From positions 682,001-746,000 of the forward strand of contig CDLV01000012.1 of assembly GCA_001244265.2 (NCBI GenBank): a stretch of DNA of 64,000 nt. The letters are read 5' to 3'. The translations under genes and the position numbers were made by a program. The stretch is from Microbotryum violaceum (lineage: Eukaryota). Shown here one piece after another: positions 24,883 to 37,424 of this stretch. Numbering within the stretch: position 1 is the first letter of the stretch; every line of letters begins with the position of its first letter. The notes beneath the pieces were generated by a model. That model did no database searches and was not told where the DNA came from. It saw nothing but the letters and a program-made list of their open reading frames with translations.

Positions 24883-25490
24883 CAAGGATCCGCATTACTA
24901 GTAGATCAGATCACCGTCAGATCAGATCAGATCAGATCTGGATGTTTCTAATTCGGCCTTGATTGATCTGATCTTAACCTGATCTGAGCAGATCAATTTG
25001 ATCTGAGACATGACATTGCCTAATTTGGCACATAAAGACGTCTACATGTCTACATGTTGAACTCCTCGTCTTCTTCCTCCACAACCTCATCCTCATCCTC
25101 CTCCTCATCCTCCAGAGTGATCACCTTGCTAGTAAGCCGCCACTTTCTGGAGGAGCTCCCCCCCTTCTATGACTGGACTGGGCCGCATGATCCCTATGAG
25201 AAAGTGTTTGAAATGAGGCAGCACCTGACACTGCAACGAGCGCCCATCAGAGGACCACACCCTGTAGTATTCATGTGGCGCGGGGCCGACACCCAATGCC
25301 GCGGCGGCATTGCCAGATGGCAGATGGCGCGCTCCATTCTCTCTCACTTGTAGTGATCAGCTGAGGTGCGCCGCAGTTGGCGTTTCAAATCACAATGGCA
25401 GCATCCAGGTACCCCCTACTTTTGGAATTTTGTTTCCTCGAGGCTTGATTGATCTGAACTTGATCTGATCTGATTTAATGCGGACCCTTG
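24883..25490. mobile_element. Non-autonomous TIR element (hAT-like MITE 1)
   Basis: 15-bp TIR CAAGGATCCGCATTA / TAATGCGGACCCTTG (1 mismatch); subterminal arrays of AGATC/GATCT at both ends; no exact TSD. Confidence 0.8.
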
Positions 25491-25967
25491 CCCGGGGCCA
25501 CTTGACCCGACAACGCCAGTCACTTCCGTACATGCATGTATGACACAATCAAAGTACCTTGGCCAATCTAGGCCCCATCAGTGCTCTAGTGTCTCCAGAT
25601 GTCCATGCGTGTCCGGATCCGCTTGTTTGTTGGCCATGTCTGACCCCTGTCTTTGCGTAAGGGGCTCGGCGGCGTGTTGGGCCCGCTTCGTGGGGTGGTC
25701 GGGAATCCTTACTGTTGAGGATTCCCTCTACCTGATATGATATGCTACACTCTCCTGTCTGGTCTGAGACAGAAATGGGAGGTGAGAGGTACTGATTAGA
25801 AAAGACGTTTAACCTCTGATTCGGCCAAGCTGAAACTTGAAGCTCGCGCGTGGGTTGACCTTGCGATTCTTAAGGTCGAGCACGGTGGTCTAAAGATCTT
25901 TAGGCTCAGTAACAGATCTTCTTGGTCTCTTACTGAGCTTGCAGTGTGCTACGTCCAGCGACAAGCC

Positions 25968-26339
25968 CTATTGGAAGCAGTTTTGCCGCATTTCCATGAT
26001 TGGAGGTTCGTGGTGCGCCTGGCACAGAAATCTTGAATCATCATAAGTCTTGCAGCATGTATGGTACCATGTTCTTATTGCGGTCTCTACAGATTGACAT
26101 TGTACTTGTCCTGCAACATCAAAATAATACAATTTCGTCATGTGTTGACCAAATATCAAGTGGACGCACAGGTGTGCACGTGTATTGCGGTCGCTCAATG
26201 CGCCCAGTTCCCCCGCCTTTCCTTCCGTCGTGCCAGGTCGGCCTGTCCAAGGCATGGCTTTGTAGCTGGCGATGGCGACTATATTTTCTAATACCACGAT
26301 ACTTCCTGTTTGCCTCGCTCTACTGCGCAAAGACCACAC
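25968..26339 (-). pseudogene. Degenerate fragment resembling a FunK1 fungal kinase N-lobe
   Basis: RAHLCVHLIFGQHMTKLYYFDVAGQVQCQS resembles the FunK1 'R.f...l.g..mrlw.fDrsG...S' motif. Confidence 0.4.
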
Positions 26340-26412
26340 GTGACACGGTCATTGCCGCGTGCAGTGGTTTGAGCCCGATCACTCGTCCAAGCTGAACGAA
26401 ACCCCTAGGATG

Positions 26413-26926
26413 GCCTTGCGACCCCAGCCGAAGCCGAGGCCACGACTGTACACAATGATGGCGGCAGTGGGCCTCTCAACAAACCCCAAGAAGCGAACGG
26501 ACTCTCGACTGAAGGACGAGGTCGAAGGGCTTGTACAGCTGTCGCACGCTTTCGACGCCTATATCAGGTCAGATGACGGCGATCTAGATGTCGAAACGTC
26601 GTAAGATCAGCTGTGAGCTGCCGGAATGGAAGAGAAAGCACGTCGTTGGCGCAGATCTTACCCCGTGTACAACGTCAGCCACAAAGGTTTTGAACCCATC
26701 TTCGGTACCCTACTCGAACTCCTCGCCACTCGGCCGGCGCCGCCAGCTCGTCTAGATCGCCGTCATCTGACCTGACATAGGCGTCGAAGGCGTGCGACAG
26801 CTGGACAAGCCCTTCGACTTCGTCATTCAGTCGAGAGTCCGTTCGCTTCTTGGGGTTTGTTGAGAGGCCCACTGCCGCCATCATTGTGTACAGTCGTGGC
26901 CTCGGCTTCGGCTGGGGTCGCAAGGC
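26413..26926. repeat. 176-bp inverted repeat with 162-bp spacer
   Basis: Arms 26413-26588 and 26751-26926; 5 mismatches counted by eye. Confidence 0.95.
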
Positions 26927-27117
26927 GCGCCCTTGGCACTGTCAGGAGCAGATCAACGATCAACGAAAACGGCCGACGTCAGCGGCGCCTCAAACTCCGT
27001 CCGACCCACGGAACCGAGCTCAAAGCACCACACTGCCCGAGCGACTCACTGGCAGGGTCTGCACGGCAGTGATATAGTCGAATCCTCCTCCGATTTGTGG
27101 CAAAAGACTGCGAACAT
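26675..27117 (-). pseudogene. Zn2Cys6-like zinc-cluster pseudogene
   Basis: Splicing a GT-AG intron 26939-27049 gives CRPCHAKGAPCDPSRSRGHDCTQ then TGA or a 1-nt deletion at the fifth Cys; shifted frame continues MAAVGLSTNPKKRTDSRL.DEVEGL. Confidence 0.4.
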
Positions 27118-27139
27118 GGCAAGATCATTAGTCCGAGTC

Positions 27140-27215
27140 GACCGCGACAATGACTCCGACGATGATCGCAACGATGACCGCGACGATGACCGCGACGTTG
27201 ACCGCGACGATGACT
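27140..27215. repeat. 12-bp minisatellite (GACCGCGACGAT), about 6 imperfect copies
   Basis: Visible tandem units. Confidence 0.8.
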
Positions 27216-28174
27216 AGTCACCGCGAGTTCAGCCTAGCAACAACTGCAAGCAATATTTACTTTTACAGGCAGAGAGTTCGATGGGCCAAGAGCCCAACAG
27301 AACGCTTGCGTTCGAGCGAGCAGAACAGCCAGAACTTGGCTGCCGCTTGAAACTTGTTCGACTTTTGATCGAAACCCCCACATTAAACCCTTACAGGAGG
27401 CAAACACGCGTGCCGGCGTGCGCGCTCAGCGTGATTAGCGGAGTCCGTCTGCGAAATTGTGACTCCACGCTCGCACCGAGCCCAACATCATAGTCTCGGA
27501 GAAGCGATCACACGTCTGGGTGACCCGATCTGGGTGACCCGATGAAGTTGAATTGCTACTCACTTTGCGTGCATGCTGCGAATGGCACACCACCGCACAA
27601 CTTGTGATCTAACGCCGCGCACTCACAGAGAGCTTGAACGATCGGTGCGAAAGCCGTAGGCTGTCGGGGGCGCGTGGACCGGAAGGCGCTTCAGTACGAT
27701 GCGTGCCCACCGGTCGACTTATCTTCCCAAAACATGCGATGGGAAGTTGAACAACCTCTTCATTTCGGCAAGCGCTGCATGATCAGCCGATCCGGCGGCC
27801 TGCGAAAGTGACCTCGCCGCGATGGTGCCCCACGTACATTGCTGCCGGCGAGGATGTCCAGTCAGCCGTCCCATCGCACCTACGGTGGACGGGCGCACAG
27901 CGCGGGGACCGGCCGGTTTGGAGAACAAAAGAGGGGACAGCCACCTCCCTGGTCACTATGGGACAGAGTGGTGCCCAAAGTGCTTTGTGAGATCGATGAC
28001 GCGAGACTCGGAGCCGGTCAGAAAAACGCCAATACTCAGCGGCCTTTCAAAACCCCGGGCGGCCGAAGCGCAGGTGTCTTTGTAGATGTGTCAACAGGCA
28101 ACAGAGCCAAGTATTGCTTGCAAATGCGAAGGTCAAAAAAAAAAAGAGAGAAAGAAAACCCTCGGGACAACATG

Positions 28175-30590
28175 CTACAATTTGTGCGCCGTCGCAGGAG
28201 AAACCTCACGACCCATCTGCTCTTTGTTCGTTTCGTTGCACTGCCGGCGGAGCAGAGCACCCAGATCACCCACCAACCCGTCGTGCGACAATTCGCCTGT
28301 GACCCACTTTGCTCCGAGGATAGCGCTTTCGCCAACACGATCGATCCATGAATGCTCCAGGCCTAGCCCGCAGTACTTGGCGACCGTCCCTACGAGCTCG
28401 GGAGCCTCCTTCCAGAACCCCGTGAACGGTGCAAGGGTGTATTCCAATCCGCTTGACTTCAGTAGAAGGTATTCTTTGGACTCGACGGCGAAGAATTCCT
28501 GATTCCACTCGTACCAAATGCGTTCGACCTCTGGCGACATCCCAATCGGCCCGTCTGGCCCCGTGGGGTGGATGAACAGGACGAAGACGATCGAATAGAC
28601 GAGGGGCTCGATATCGTGCCAGGGCTGGTGGAGAAACTTCGTCTCTTCCGGGTGGTCTTCGACCAGCTCTCGCGCACGGAACGGGAACGAGCCCTGCGGG
28701 GAACCAGACGTCGTCGCGTGTCAATGGTGGAACCGCGGAGCAAAGCCCACCCGCAGACCCAAAATGCGTACCACCTGTTTCCTACGTTCCGCCTCACCCT
28801 CTGGCCCCTCCGTGAATACCGCGGCATCGTAATCGATCAACACGCCCTTGCCATCAGATGCGATCATGAAGTTAGTCGCTGACACATCGCGGTGAATGAT
28901 GCCGAGATGATAAGAGACTGCGCAGGCCTGCAGCAGACGTTCACGTGTCCGCATGGTCAGTCCATCATACGTCCGTGACCCTTCGGAGACACGAAGAACG
29001 TACCTTGAGCTGCACCGAGTATGGCTTTCGTCAAGGCCTTGGTCGAATCGGCGACAGAGATCGGCGCGTAGCACTGCTCGTGGAAAGTCACCTCCAGCGC
29101 CCGCGGCTTGACCCCCCACGCTTCGGCGTCAAGACCCTTGGGGAGGAATCGCGGGACGACGACAAAGTCACTCTCGCGATACACGTCGACGATTTTTGTC
29201 AGCCCTTCGCGGTGTTCGGAGGACGCGTTGGCGATGGTGAGGCGGATCCGATCGTGCTCGTCGCAGCGAGCTTCTTCGACGAAAGAGATCGTCATTGCAC
29301 ACTCGGTGTGCGCAGTCTGACCTTCGCCAATTGCGGAGACGCGATATGCCGAGGTGCGACGTCCGAACATGGAGTTGGACCAGGAAAGCGGCTCAAGAAT
29401 CTGCACGTTGCCAAGCGTAGGAGTCTGCGATAGGTGGTCGCGGAATCGGATCGGCCGAGGGGGGCAACTCCGAGTAAGGGAAGGTGTACGAGGAGGGAAA
29501 GGCGTCGTCGCACAAAGATACGATGATGCCAAGTTCGCGATCGCTCAGGCTAAGCACTCGGGCGAGAATCGTCGACAGGTAACCGTTCTTTTCCGTACAG
29601 TAAATGTCGGGGCTGTAGAACAGACCAAATGGTGTATGGAGGTAGATCACGATCTGGTTGCCATGGACAAAGACACCAAAGGCATGTGATCGAATCGATT
29701 CCGCGGCGAGTACCTCGAGCGACCGTCGAACACGCACGTCGGCGTAGACGAATCTGAATTTTGTGGCGTCGATCGGTCTCTTATTGAATTCGCCAATGGA
29801 AGCGACTTGGGTCCAGCTCGGACGGCCGGTCTTGACGTCCTCGGCGGCCGTTTTACTGTTATCGTCGCCGCTGTTTCGCCAAATGCTCGGGAGGTCCGTA
29901 TTCGCCTCGTAGGCCTCGCGGGTGAGAAGGACGAGATCAGGCATGGCCTCGGGATCATCGAGCTCGCCCTCGTTCTCTTCCGTGAAGCTCACAAACCGGC
30001 CTTTGCTCTTCTACGCACCGCACAGCAAAGGGCAGACAAAGCTCAGAAACGAAGGAATGCGAAGGCGGCGAATGTCGACGGGACCAGCGCCGAACCTAAC
30101 TCACCACGGTCGGGTTACCGCCGTTCCAGACAATTTTGGGGACCATCGTCGTGTCGATGTTCGAGTCCTCTGTAGAAGGCGACAGAAAAAAGTCCCTCAA
30201 ACCCGCCCATTCGATCTCGCGATCCTCGGAAGGGCTGTCGTTGGGCGAGGTGGCGAACGCCCTCAGCCTAGTCACGCGACTAACGGGACGAACGGGGACT
30301 GCCACAGCGTCGCTTCGAGCCGGAGACGACGTTGCTGACGCGGGATTCGACGCTGGTGTTGCTTCGTGGTCGGGCCCATGGATTTTGGCGTCAGGTTGGG
30401 GAGGGGGAGGCGACCAGGTGGCCGAGCCGCGGTGGATGACGATCGCGGGGGCAAGTCGAATATGAACGACGGGTTCGTCGAGGGCGAGCTATCGGTCTCA
30501 CGACTCGCATCGGGGTAGTCGGGAGGCTTTTGCTTTTCAGCAGTGCGTTGGCTTTTGCGATTCTTTCGAAGTTCAGCGTGGGAACCCATG
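28175..30590 (-). pseudogene. FunK1-family fungal protein kinase, frameshifted
   Basis: PDLVLL, SWTQVASIGEF, RSHAFGVFVHGNQIVIY, LSLSDRELG, MFGRRTSAYRV, IIHRDVSATNFM...GVLIDYD spread over several frames. Confidence 0.8.
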
Positions 30591-30905
30591 ATTAAAGAGA
30601 GGTAGGCGAGGGGATGTTGAATGCTGTTCATGACGCAGTAAGCACACCGCCGCTGTCCAAGGAGACGTAACAAGTGGTAACCGCTGTGGCAGCGGGTCGA
30701 ATCGACTCACAAAAGGTAAGGTCACTTGGACGCACACAAGCCAGTGGATTGGCTCAGATCACGGGGTTACGTGCGAGCGACAGCCTCGTAGTGTGCAGCG
30801 ACGAAGCAAGAGGCCTAGCCTCGTCAGGGAGCGTCAGGACACGCCTATGCGTTAGCACGTCTCACGGGACCCGGGAAAGCTCAGCCGAAGGTACGTTTTG
30901 GCGCC

Positions 30906-31381
30906 GTCACTAATAGGTGACAAAAGTCGGACCCTCGGTCACTTATTATTGTCACTGTCACTTATGTCACGAGATTTTCGCCTGTCACCTGTGTCACCAG
31001 CACTCAAATGCTGTCACTAATGCCACTAAGTCCAATATTTGGTCACTAATGTAACTGAATGGAAACAATATTGCACTGACCATTTCAAAACTTAGAGGCG
31101 CGTGGGCCGGAGTCGTGACCCGGCATTTTCGTGTTGGTAAATAGCATTCCGTGGTGGTCATTTACATCCAGGGTCGCCATCAGGTACAAGCAAGTAGACC
31201 GGGTCTAGACCGGTACCTAGTACCTACCTAGGTACTTAGTGACATTAGTGACAACAATCTCTGGAACCCCCCTTGTCACTAATCCGTAATCCTTCTTTTC
31301 TTTTCTGTCTTTTTTCTAATAGATCACTAATTCGTCACTAATGTCACGTCACTAATGTCACCTATTAGTGACCCAGCCCTA
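30906..31381. mobile_element. Non-autonomous TIR element (hAT-like MITE 2), left tip missing
   Basis: Perfect 17-bp inverted repeat GTCACTAATAGGTGACA (30906-30922 / 31356-31372); right end reads TAGGGCTGGG on the minus strand; many GTCACTAA subterminal motifs; AT-rich. Confidence 0.8.
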
Positions 31382-32017
31382 ACGACGACTCTTCTCAGCT
31401 TCAAAATTTAAGTTGCGGAGGTCGGGCTCGGCTCATGCAGTCTGACAGTCGGGTGGTGGAGAGCGAAAGGAGGGCCGCTGGGTTGATGCCACTACAGTGT
31501 CCTTTCGTCGAGCAAACGGTACGCGCTCAAGTGGAACCATGGCTGTAGCCTCGAGAGAGTATAATTCTCCTTAACTCATGCTCGACTCCGCCGGGGACTC
31601 TTAAATTCCGATCGGATCAGTGCGCCGAATTAGACCACGCGCAAGCGGCGCCCCCACCCACGCCTTAGTGTGATATTAGAGTACGACGCGGCGGCCGGAG
31701 GAGGCTCTTCCCATCGCCGTTCGTACTAGCAAGTGTGTGGTCGACCTGTTGCTCTTCACTTTATTGAGTTCGTTCGGCCTCGTCAACACGACTTCGTGCC
31801 TGCTTCGACCGACCTGCGTCGCTTCTCGACTCGCCTCCAGCACCCAGTGCATCAGTGCCAGTGCCAGTGCCAGTGCCAACTCCGAATCCGGCGGTGTCCG
31901 ACTGGATCGACTGGAAGCTACCAGCCTCCTCCAGGCTCCGACGCTGACCGCAGTGAACCACCCTACGCCCTTTACTCGACCCTTGCGGCGACTTCAAAGA
32001 CACAGACGACGTGCAAG

Positions 32018-34839
32018 ATGGCTCCCACGCACATTTTCCACCCTCTAGCAAACCCTGGGCCGGCGGAACGCCACGACAATGGGCTCGCCCTGACGGCGCT
32101 GTTTCGCGAGTCCGGGCCGGGTACGACGATCCTCTTGCTGCCAGCGACGACGTATCCGCTCTACTCGACGGTCGACTTTATCCACCCTCGCACGACGCTC
32201 GCGACGTTGGGCTACCCCGAGTTTCAGACGGGGCAACAGGCCGTGCTTGAAACTCGCAGCGAAAAGGAGGCCGGCGCGATCAACATGTACAACAAGGCCG
32301 AGACGAGTTTGAAGCGCGTCCATCTACGCGGCTGTCGAGGCTGGGGCAGGGGCGTGCCCACGGATGAAGAAAAGGAAAAGTGGAAGAAGGAGGGTCGACT
32401 CGGGTGGATCGAAGGTGGTGGAGCCATGGTGTGGATGGGGGGGCCCGACAGTCACGATTCGCTCGTCGAAGGTGAGCGAGCAAACGCCGAGCGCCGAGCA
32501 AACTCGCCGAGCAGCCCAACTGATTGTTTTGGCTCCGAACTCCTGCACTCCGCACAAGGGTGCCGCCTCGAGGATCCTCGTGGTTGGACCGCCGTAAGCC
32601 TTCATCAGCAGAGACACGTTTTTATTTGGTGCCCAACTGAAATCGACCTCTGCTATTCCCCATCGGCCACTAGGTCCACCTTTGCGATTGGGCACTGCGG
32701 GCCAAGTTGCTCAATAACATTGTCGGTCCCTGCGGTCAGGAAGGTGAGACTCGAATATATCCGAGCTCTTTCAAAGTATTTGCCTTTGACATGTTGTCAT
32801 TCATGTTCAGCACCTGCGGGCCCTTGGGCCGATGGTTTGAGCGTCGCCGGCAAAGATTCTGTCGTTGTGAGTTGCGTGGGCGACTGGGCGACCCTTGACC
32901 AAGTCTCGCACGCACTAACCTGGACCCGTCTGTTCTCCTCAGTCGGGCAACACCATTGTAAGTAACATATATGACTTATTCATCCACACAGCTCATCATT
33001 TTTGACTGCTTTCTGGCCACAGATCGACGCGACGGATGGAGCGATCGTCGTCTTTTGCGCCCCTGGCTCGACCATTTCGGACAACACCATCATCGCCCGT
33101 ACGCGTGACCTGCTCGGAGCGATTAACATGTACGTTCTGATTCTTGCGTGGCGGTGGAAATGCCGGCAAACGTCCCCTGACACTTTAAACACAGGGTCGA
33201 CGATTTTCCGTACAACCGCGACTTTTCCAACACGCGCGTTGTCGGCAACACAATCCGCACCGAGGGGGCGTACATCCGCCTCGCGATTGGGTGCGGGCCG
33301 ACGTGCTGGTCCCCCTGGCAGACGTTTCACCAAATCAACTACGGCGGCTACGTGCAAAACAACTACCTGGGACCGGGGAGGATGGGGTACGGCGTTGCGC
33401 TCTCGGGGACCAAAGACTGGACCGTGCTCGGCAACGTCGTGCTGCCCGACACCAAATTCATCGGCGACGTCGCGAAGGCGTCGGGGAACGCACCGCCATG
33501 CCCCTTTCTCGTGCAGTGGGAAGACCGCGAACGCACGATCAACAGCGACCTCCAAGACGGGTTTCTCCACGGCGAGGCCGTGTACCTCATTGGGATCGAG
33601 GACGGCGCAAGCAAATTCTATAAGTTCGAGGGCGGCCAAGTCCGGCTCGACGCCGAAGGGGTCAGCGCGATGGGTGAAGGCGGGATTGTCGTCAAGGGTG
33701 GTCGGTTGGAGGTCCAACCCGGGGGTGAGCTGGTGATCCGAAAGACCATAGAGGGTCACGAACATGAAGGCAAGGTCGGGCACGGGGCGGTCCTTTGGAG
33801 CAGCGGAGCCCCCTCGTCGCCGCACCACGACCCCGTCCTCTCGTTCGACCTCGACGGCGTGTTCTCCGTGCGAGGCGAGGGCGGCCACGGCGACGTCGTG
33901 TGGAATCCGACGTCGTATCTTCAAACGCACCTCGACAGACTCGCTTTGTTGCCGCCGCTCAAGACGAAACCAGCCCCAGCGGCCCCCGCGGATCCAAATG
34001 TCCCCGATCCCAACAAATGGGCCAGCCACCCTTCGTTCGTACTCCGCGGCCATCAGCCCTTCCTCCAGGTGCGCACTAAGGACGACTACGTCCTCTTCTC
34101 AACGTCATATGAGTACGAGACCACCGAAAATTGGTCCATGCAGGACGGGAAGTGGATCGCTGTTGCCCCACCCCACCTCCGCGGCGTGCAACCCTCTTCC
34201 GATGCCGCCTCGGCTTCAGAGGGCACCTGCGCGGGACCGCCGACGATCCCACCCCGCCCCGAGCAAACGTCGCCAGCCCACGGTCACCACCCCTTCCGGG
34301 CCTTCGTCGAGGATCTCGCCTCCAATCTTGTGCAGGGAACTCGCCCGGGTTCGAACTCGGACCTGCACCCCGGTGGGCGTCCAGCGATCCCACCCCGTCC
34401 CGATGCGACAACGTTGACCAGGCCCGACGGTCCCGTCAAGCCCCTGTTCTTGTTCCTCAACCCCGTCACGGCGCAGCTCACGCTGCACTCGTCCTTTTCC
34501 CCCGCCCATCCCGAGCCAGACCACATTCACTGGGTCGCGCCTCAGAACCCCGTCGAAGGCGGAGTCGACATGTGTTGGGTCGGCTTCCAGTACGATGGCA
34601 ACCTCGTCATTTGTGAGTGTGCGCAGGCACGTCCCGGAACATAATGCCACTCGTACTGACAGTGTCTAACTTCTCCATTCGTGGTTACAGATGCGAAGCG
34701 AGGTGAGGACGTCTCGGTCCCTTGGGCTTCGGGTACGAATGCCGACAAGATGGTGCTCCGAGGCCACGGCGACCCCAACGGACCGGCGCTCGAGTTGCTC
34801 GACAAGCAGGGCAAGATGGTCTGGACCAGTCGGTCGTAG
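32018..34839 (+). CDS. Right-handed beta-helix (pectin-lyase-like) protein with C-terminal bulb-type lectin repeats
   Basis: ADGLSVAGKDSVV.GNTI.DATDGAIVVF..PGSTISDNTI beta-helix repeats; spliced QYDGNLVIY = QxDxNxVxY, plus WASGT and VLWSSG. Confidence 0.7.
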
Positions 34840-35110
34840 ACTTCAGTTTAGCGAGAGTTCTGGTTCCTTGATTGTTACAACAGGTTGGACTACACATACT
34901 GTAAATCACACCAACATGCAAACATACGTACACCCCGTCTTGTTCTTCTTATCGATATGGAAATCATTGCGCCTACGCCTGCTGCTTCTGCTGCTGCTGC
35001 CCCTCCCGGGCGGCGGCGGCGGCGGCTCGCCTTTGCTCGTCTTCCTCTAGCTGGATCCGATGGTGCTCCGCCTCTTCCTCCCTTATCCTATGCTCCGCCG
35101 CGAGCTGCCC

Positions 35111-37095
35111 TTACTTCTCCCGCAACGTATGCTCGTACAACTTGATCGCGGCCGGCAGGTACTTCTTCAAGTTGTCGAGCCGCTGTTCGCCACTAGGGTG
35201 CGTGCGCAGCAGCGCGATATCATCGACGATCTTGCCGTGTTCGCCGCGTTCCTGCACGTCTTGTTCGACCTCGTTCAAGATCTCCCACAGTGTGATCGAA
35301 GCGTGAGTATTAAAGCCTGCGCGGGCCATCAGTTCCAACCCGAGCTCGTCGGCTTCGGTTTTGAGCTTGCGCGAGTACGCCCGTTGGCCGACCTTGCGAT
35401 CAACGAAAGTGAAGAATGCCGAGAGGGCGTCGCCGACCATGGGGAAGCAAAGTGTCAAGGCCCAGCCCGTGCCGTGCAAGATGTCAAAAACGACCCCGCT
35501 ACGTTCCCCGTGGACTTGAGAATCAGCTCCATGCCGCGCCTCGCGGTAGGTCAATGTTGCAGGCCGACTCACGAGAGGGCGAGAAAGCCAAGTTCTTCGA
35601 CCGAATGCCGCTCGGTCAAATGAACACACTCGTGGGCAAGTAGCTGTACAGCCGCCAGCCCATAAATGATCCCGCCCAGCAGGTGCCCCATTCAAGGTCG
35701 TGGTACATACCGCCGCGAGCAAGTTCTCATCGTCTTCAAGGAGGGACAACAGCCCGCTGTATACGAAAAAGTCTTTGGACGACAAAACAAAGGCATTGAT
35801 TTTGGGCAAATCGACTGCAGGGCGGGACGGTATGTCTTCAATACCCTTTATCGTGCCATCGGAAGCCAGGTAACTTACTGCAATACAAATCCCACGTTCC
35901 CTTCTTCATCTTCTTCTCAGGATTCAGGCCTGGAAGAATTGGGCAAGCGGGGTTAGCGGACTGCGGTTGAAAGGCCCTCTTCCGAGACTACGCGAGTACC
36001 TCGGGCACCCATGGCATGTTGGCGACTTCTATCCTCGCACTGGGTACGATCTTGGACCTCTTTGACTCCTTGCTGCCGACCTTGGACCCCATCTCTTCTT
36101 GAAGGTATTGCGCAAACGACAAGGGGGCGTCGTCGTTGAGGGTTTGAACGAGGCGTTCGATCACTCTCCGCACAGGCTCGACGCGTGGGTCTTCGGGTGG
36201 CATGAGCACGCATTGGTCGTTGGAGATGATTTCCTCAACGCTGGTAAATGAAGAATACAGCTCAGCGCGGCTTAAGGAGGTCGGGGTTGCTGAGGGCCGA
36301 GGGCAAGATCTTCACGCACCGAGTGTTGGACCAGGCCAATTCTTCTCTTTCACTCATCAAGAGCAATCTCCACCTCGCCGTCTTGTCGCTTTGGTTCAAC
36401 CCCAGCGCGAGAACGAGACATGTTGCAACCAACGGGATCTGTAGCGGGGGGGGGGGACGAATGGTGCCGAGCGCGCGTGTGTGAGTTCAGGGGGGCCGAA
36501 ATACCTCGGGGATTGCTGACTCCACAACTGCATCAGTTTTATAAGGAACTGACCCCGCCTAACCGCCATGCTCCTCTGGGGAAGCGCTTAAACATGCCCC
36601 AGCGCCATGCCACGGGGAGAAAGATGAGCGACACTCGCACGACCGTCAACAGGGCACTGTGGGGCAGTGAAGACAGGCAGAGCGCAGATTATTTGAGTCC
36701 GACAGCCGAGCTCCCCGGAACGATGAGGAGTAAGTACTAAGGACTGACATCTTGAAAGCAGGAAGTGAGACAAAGATGTCACGGTGCGGTCGAGTCGCAT
36801 GGAACCCCCTAAGTTGCTGGCTCGTGCGGGGCCCCGAGACAGGAGAGCGAGCTGAGTGTATGCGCTGGGCTAGGCCGGACGGAAGCAGCAGCAAAGGCAG
36901 TGGGCGAGTCCACTTTCGACTGTATATTGTTATCGAGTGATGGTAGGTCCTCATTTGTGTGGTGGACGAGCCGAGGCTGGATGCGAAGCGGAAGGCGGTC
37001 CAAGTGGGGAACCCCGGACATCCCGCTTGCAGGTGTGACGGCGACCAGTTGCCGAACTCGATCGCCCACAGCGAACGAGCGCCTGGTCGCAGCAT
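35111..37095 (-). CDS. OMA1: Mitochondrial M48 metallopeptidase OMA1-like
   Basis: Presequence ending RGFHATRPHR; INAFVL, LLAHECVH (HExxH), YSRKLKTEADELGLELMARAGF, LRTHPSGEQR; 3' end may include a further exon. Confidence 0.88.
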
Positions 37096-37424
37096 AGTGC
37101 ACCACGACAGAGCTGAACCCAATGGGTCGAGTGACAACACTCCGCGAGGCACTGCCGCAGTGTATCCCAGGCGCGGTGGTGACGTGAACGAGAGCGAGCG
37201 AGCGAAATAAAGAGAGGGCGGTCAGGAAGCCACACTCGTGTTACCCATTCCGAGTGATCGAGAATCGTGTCAATAAGAGCTAACGATCAAGTGAGTGCGT
37301 GAGAGCCAATTTTAATGCCAAAGCTTCCCATCGTTTACGCAAAAAAGTGGGAAAATAAGACCCCAAGATAGAATGAGGACGTAAAGCAGAGAAGGGGTAA
37401 AAGAGTGGGCAGACGCGTACTTTT

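Noticed and set aside
36593-36595. ATG as the OMA1 start
   Set aside because: Upstream spliced exons extend the frame to a presequence starting at 37095
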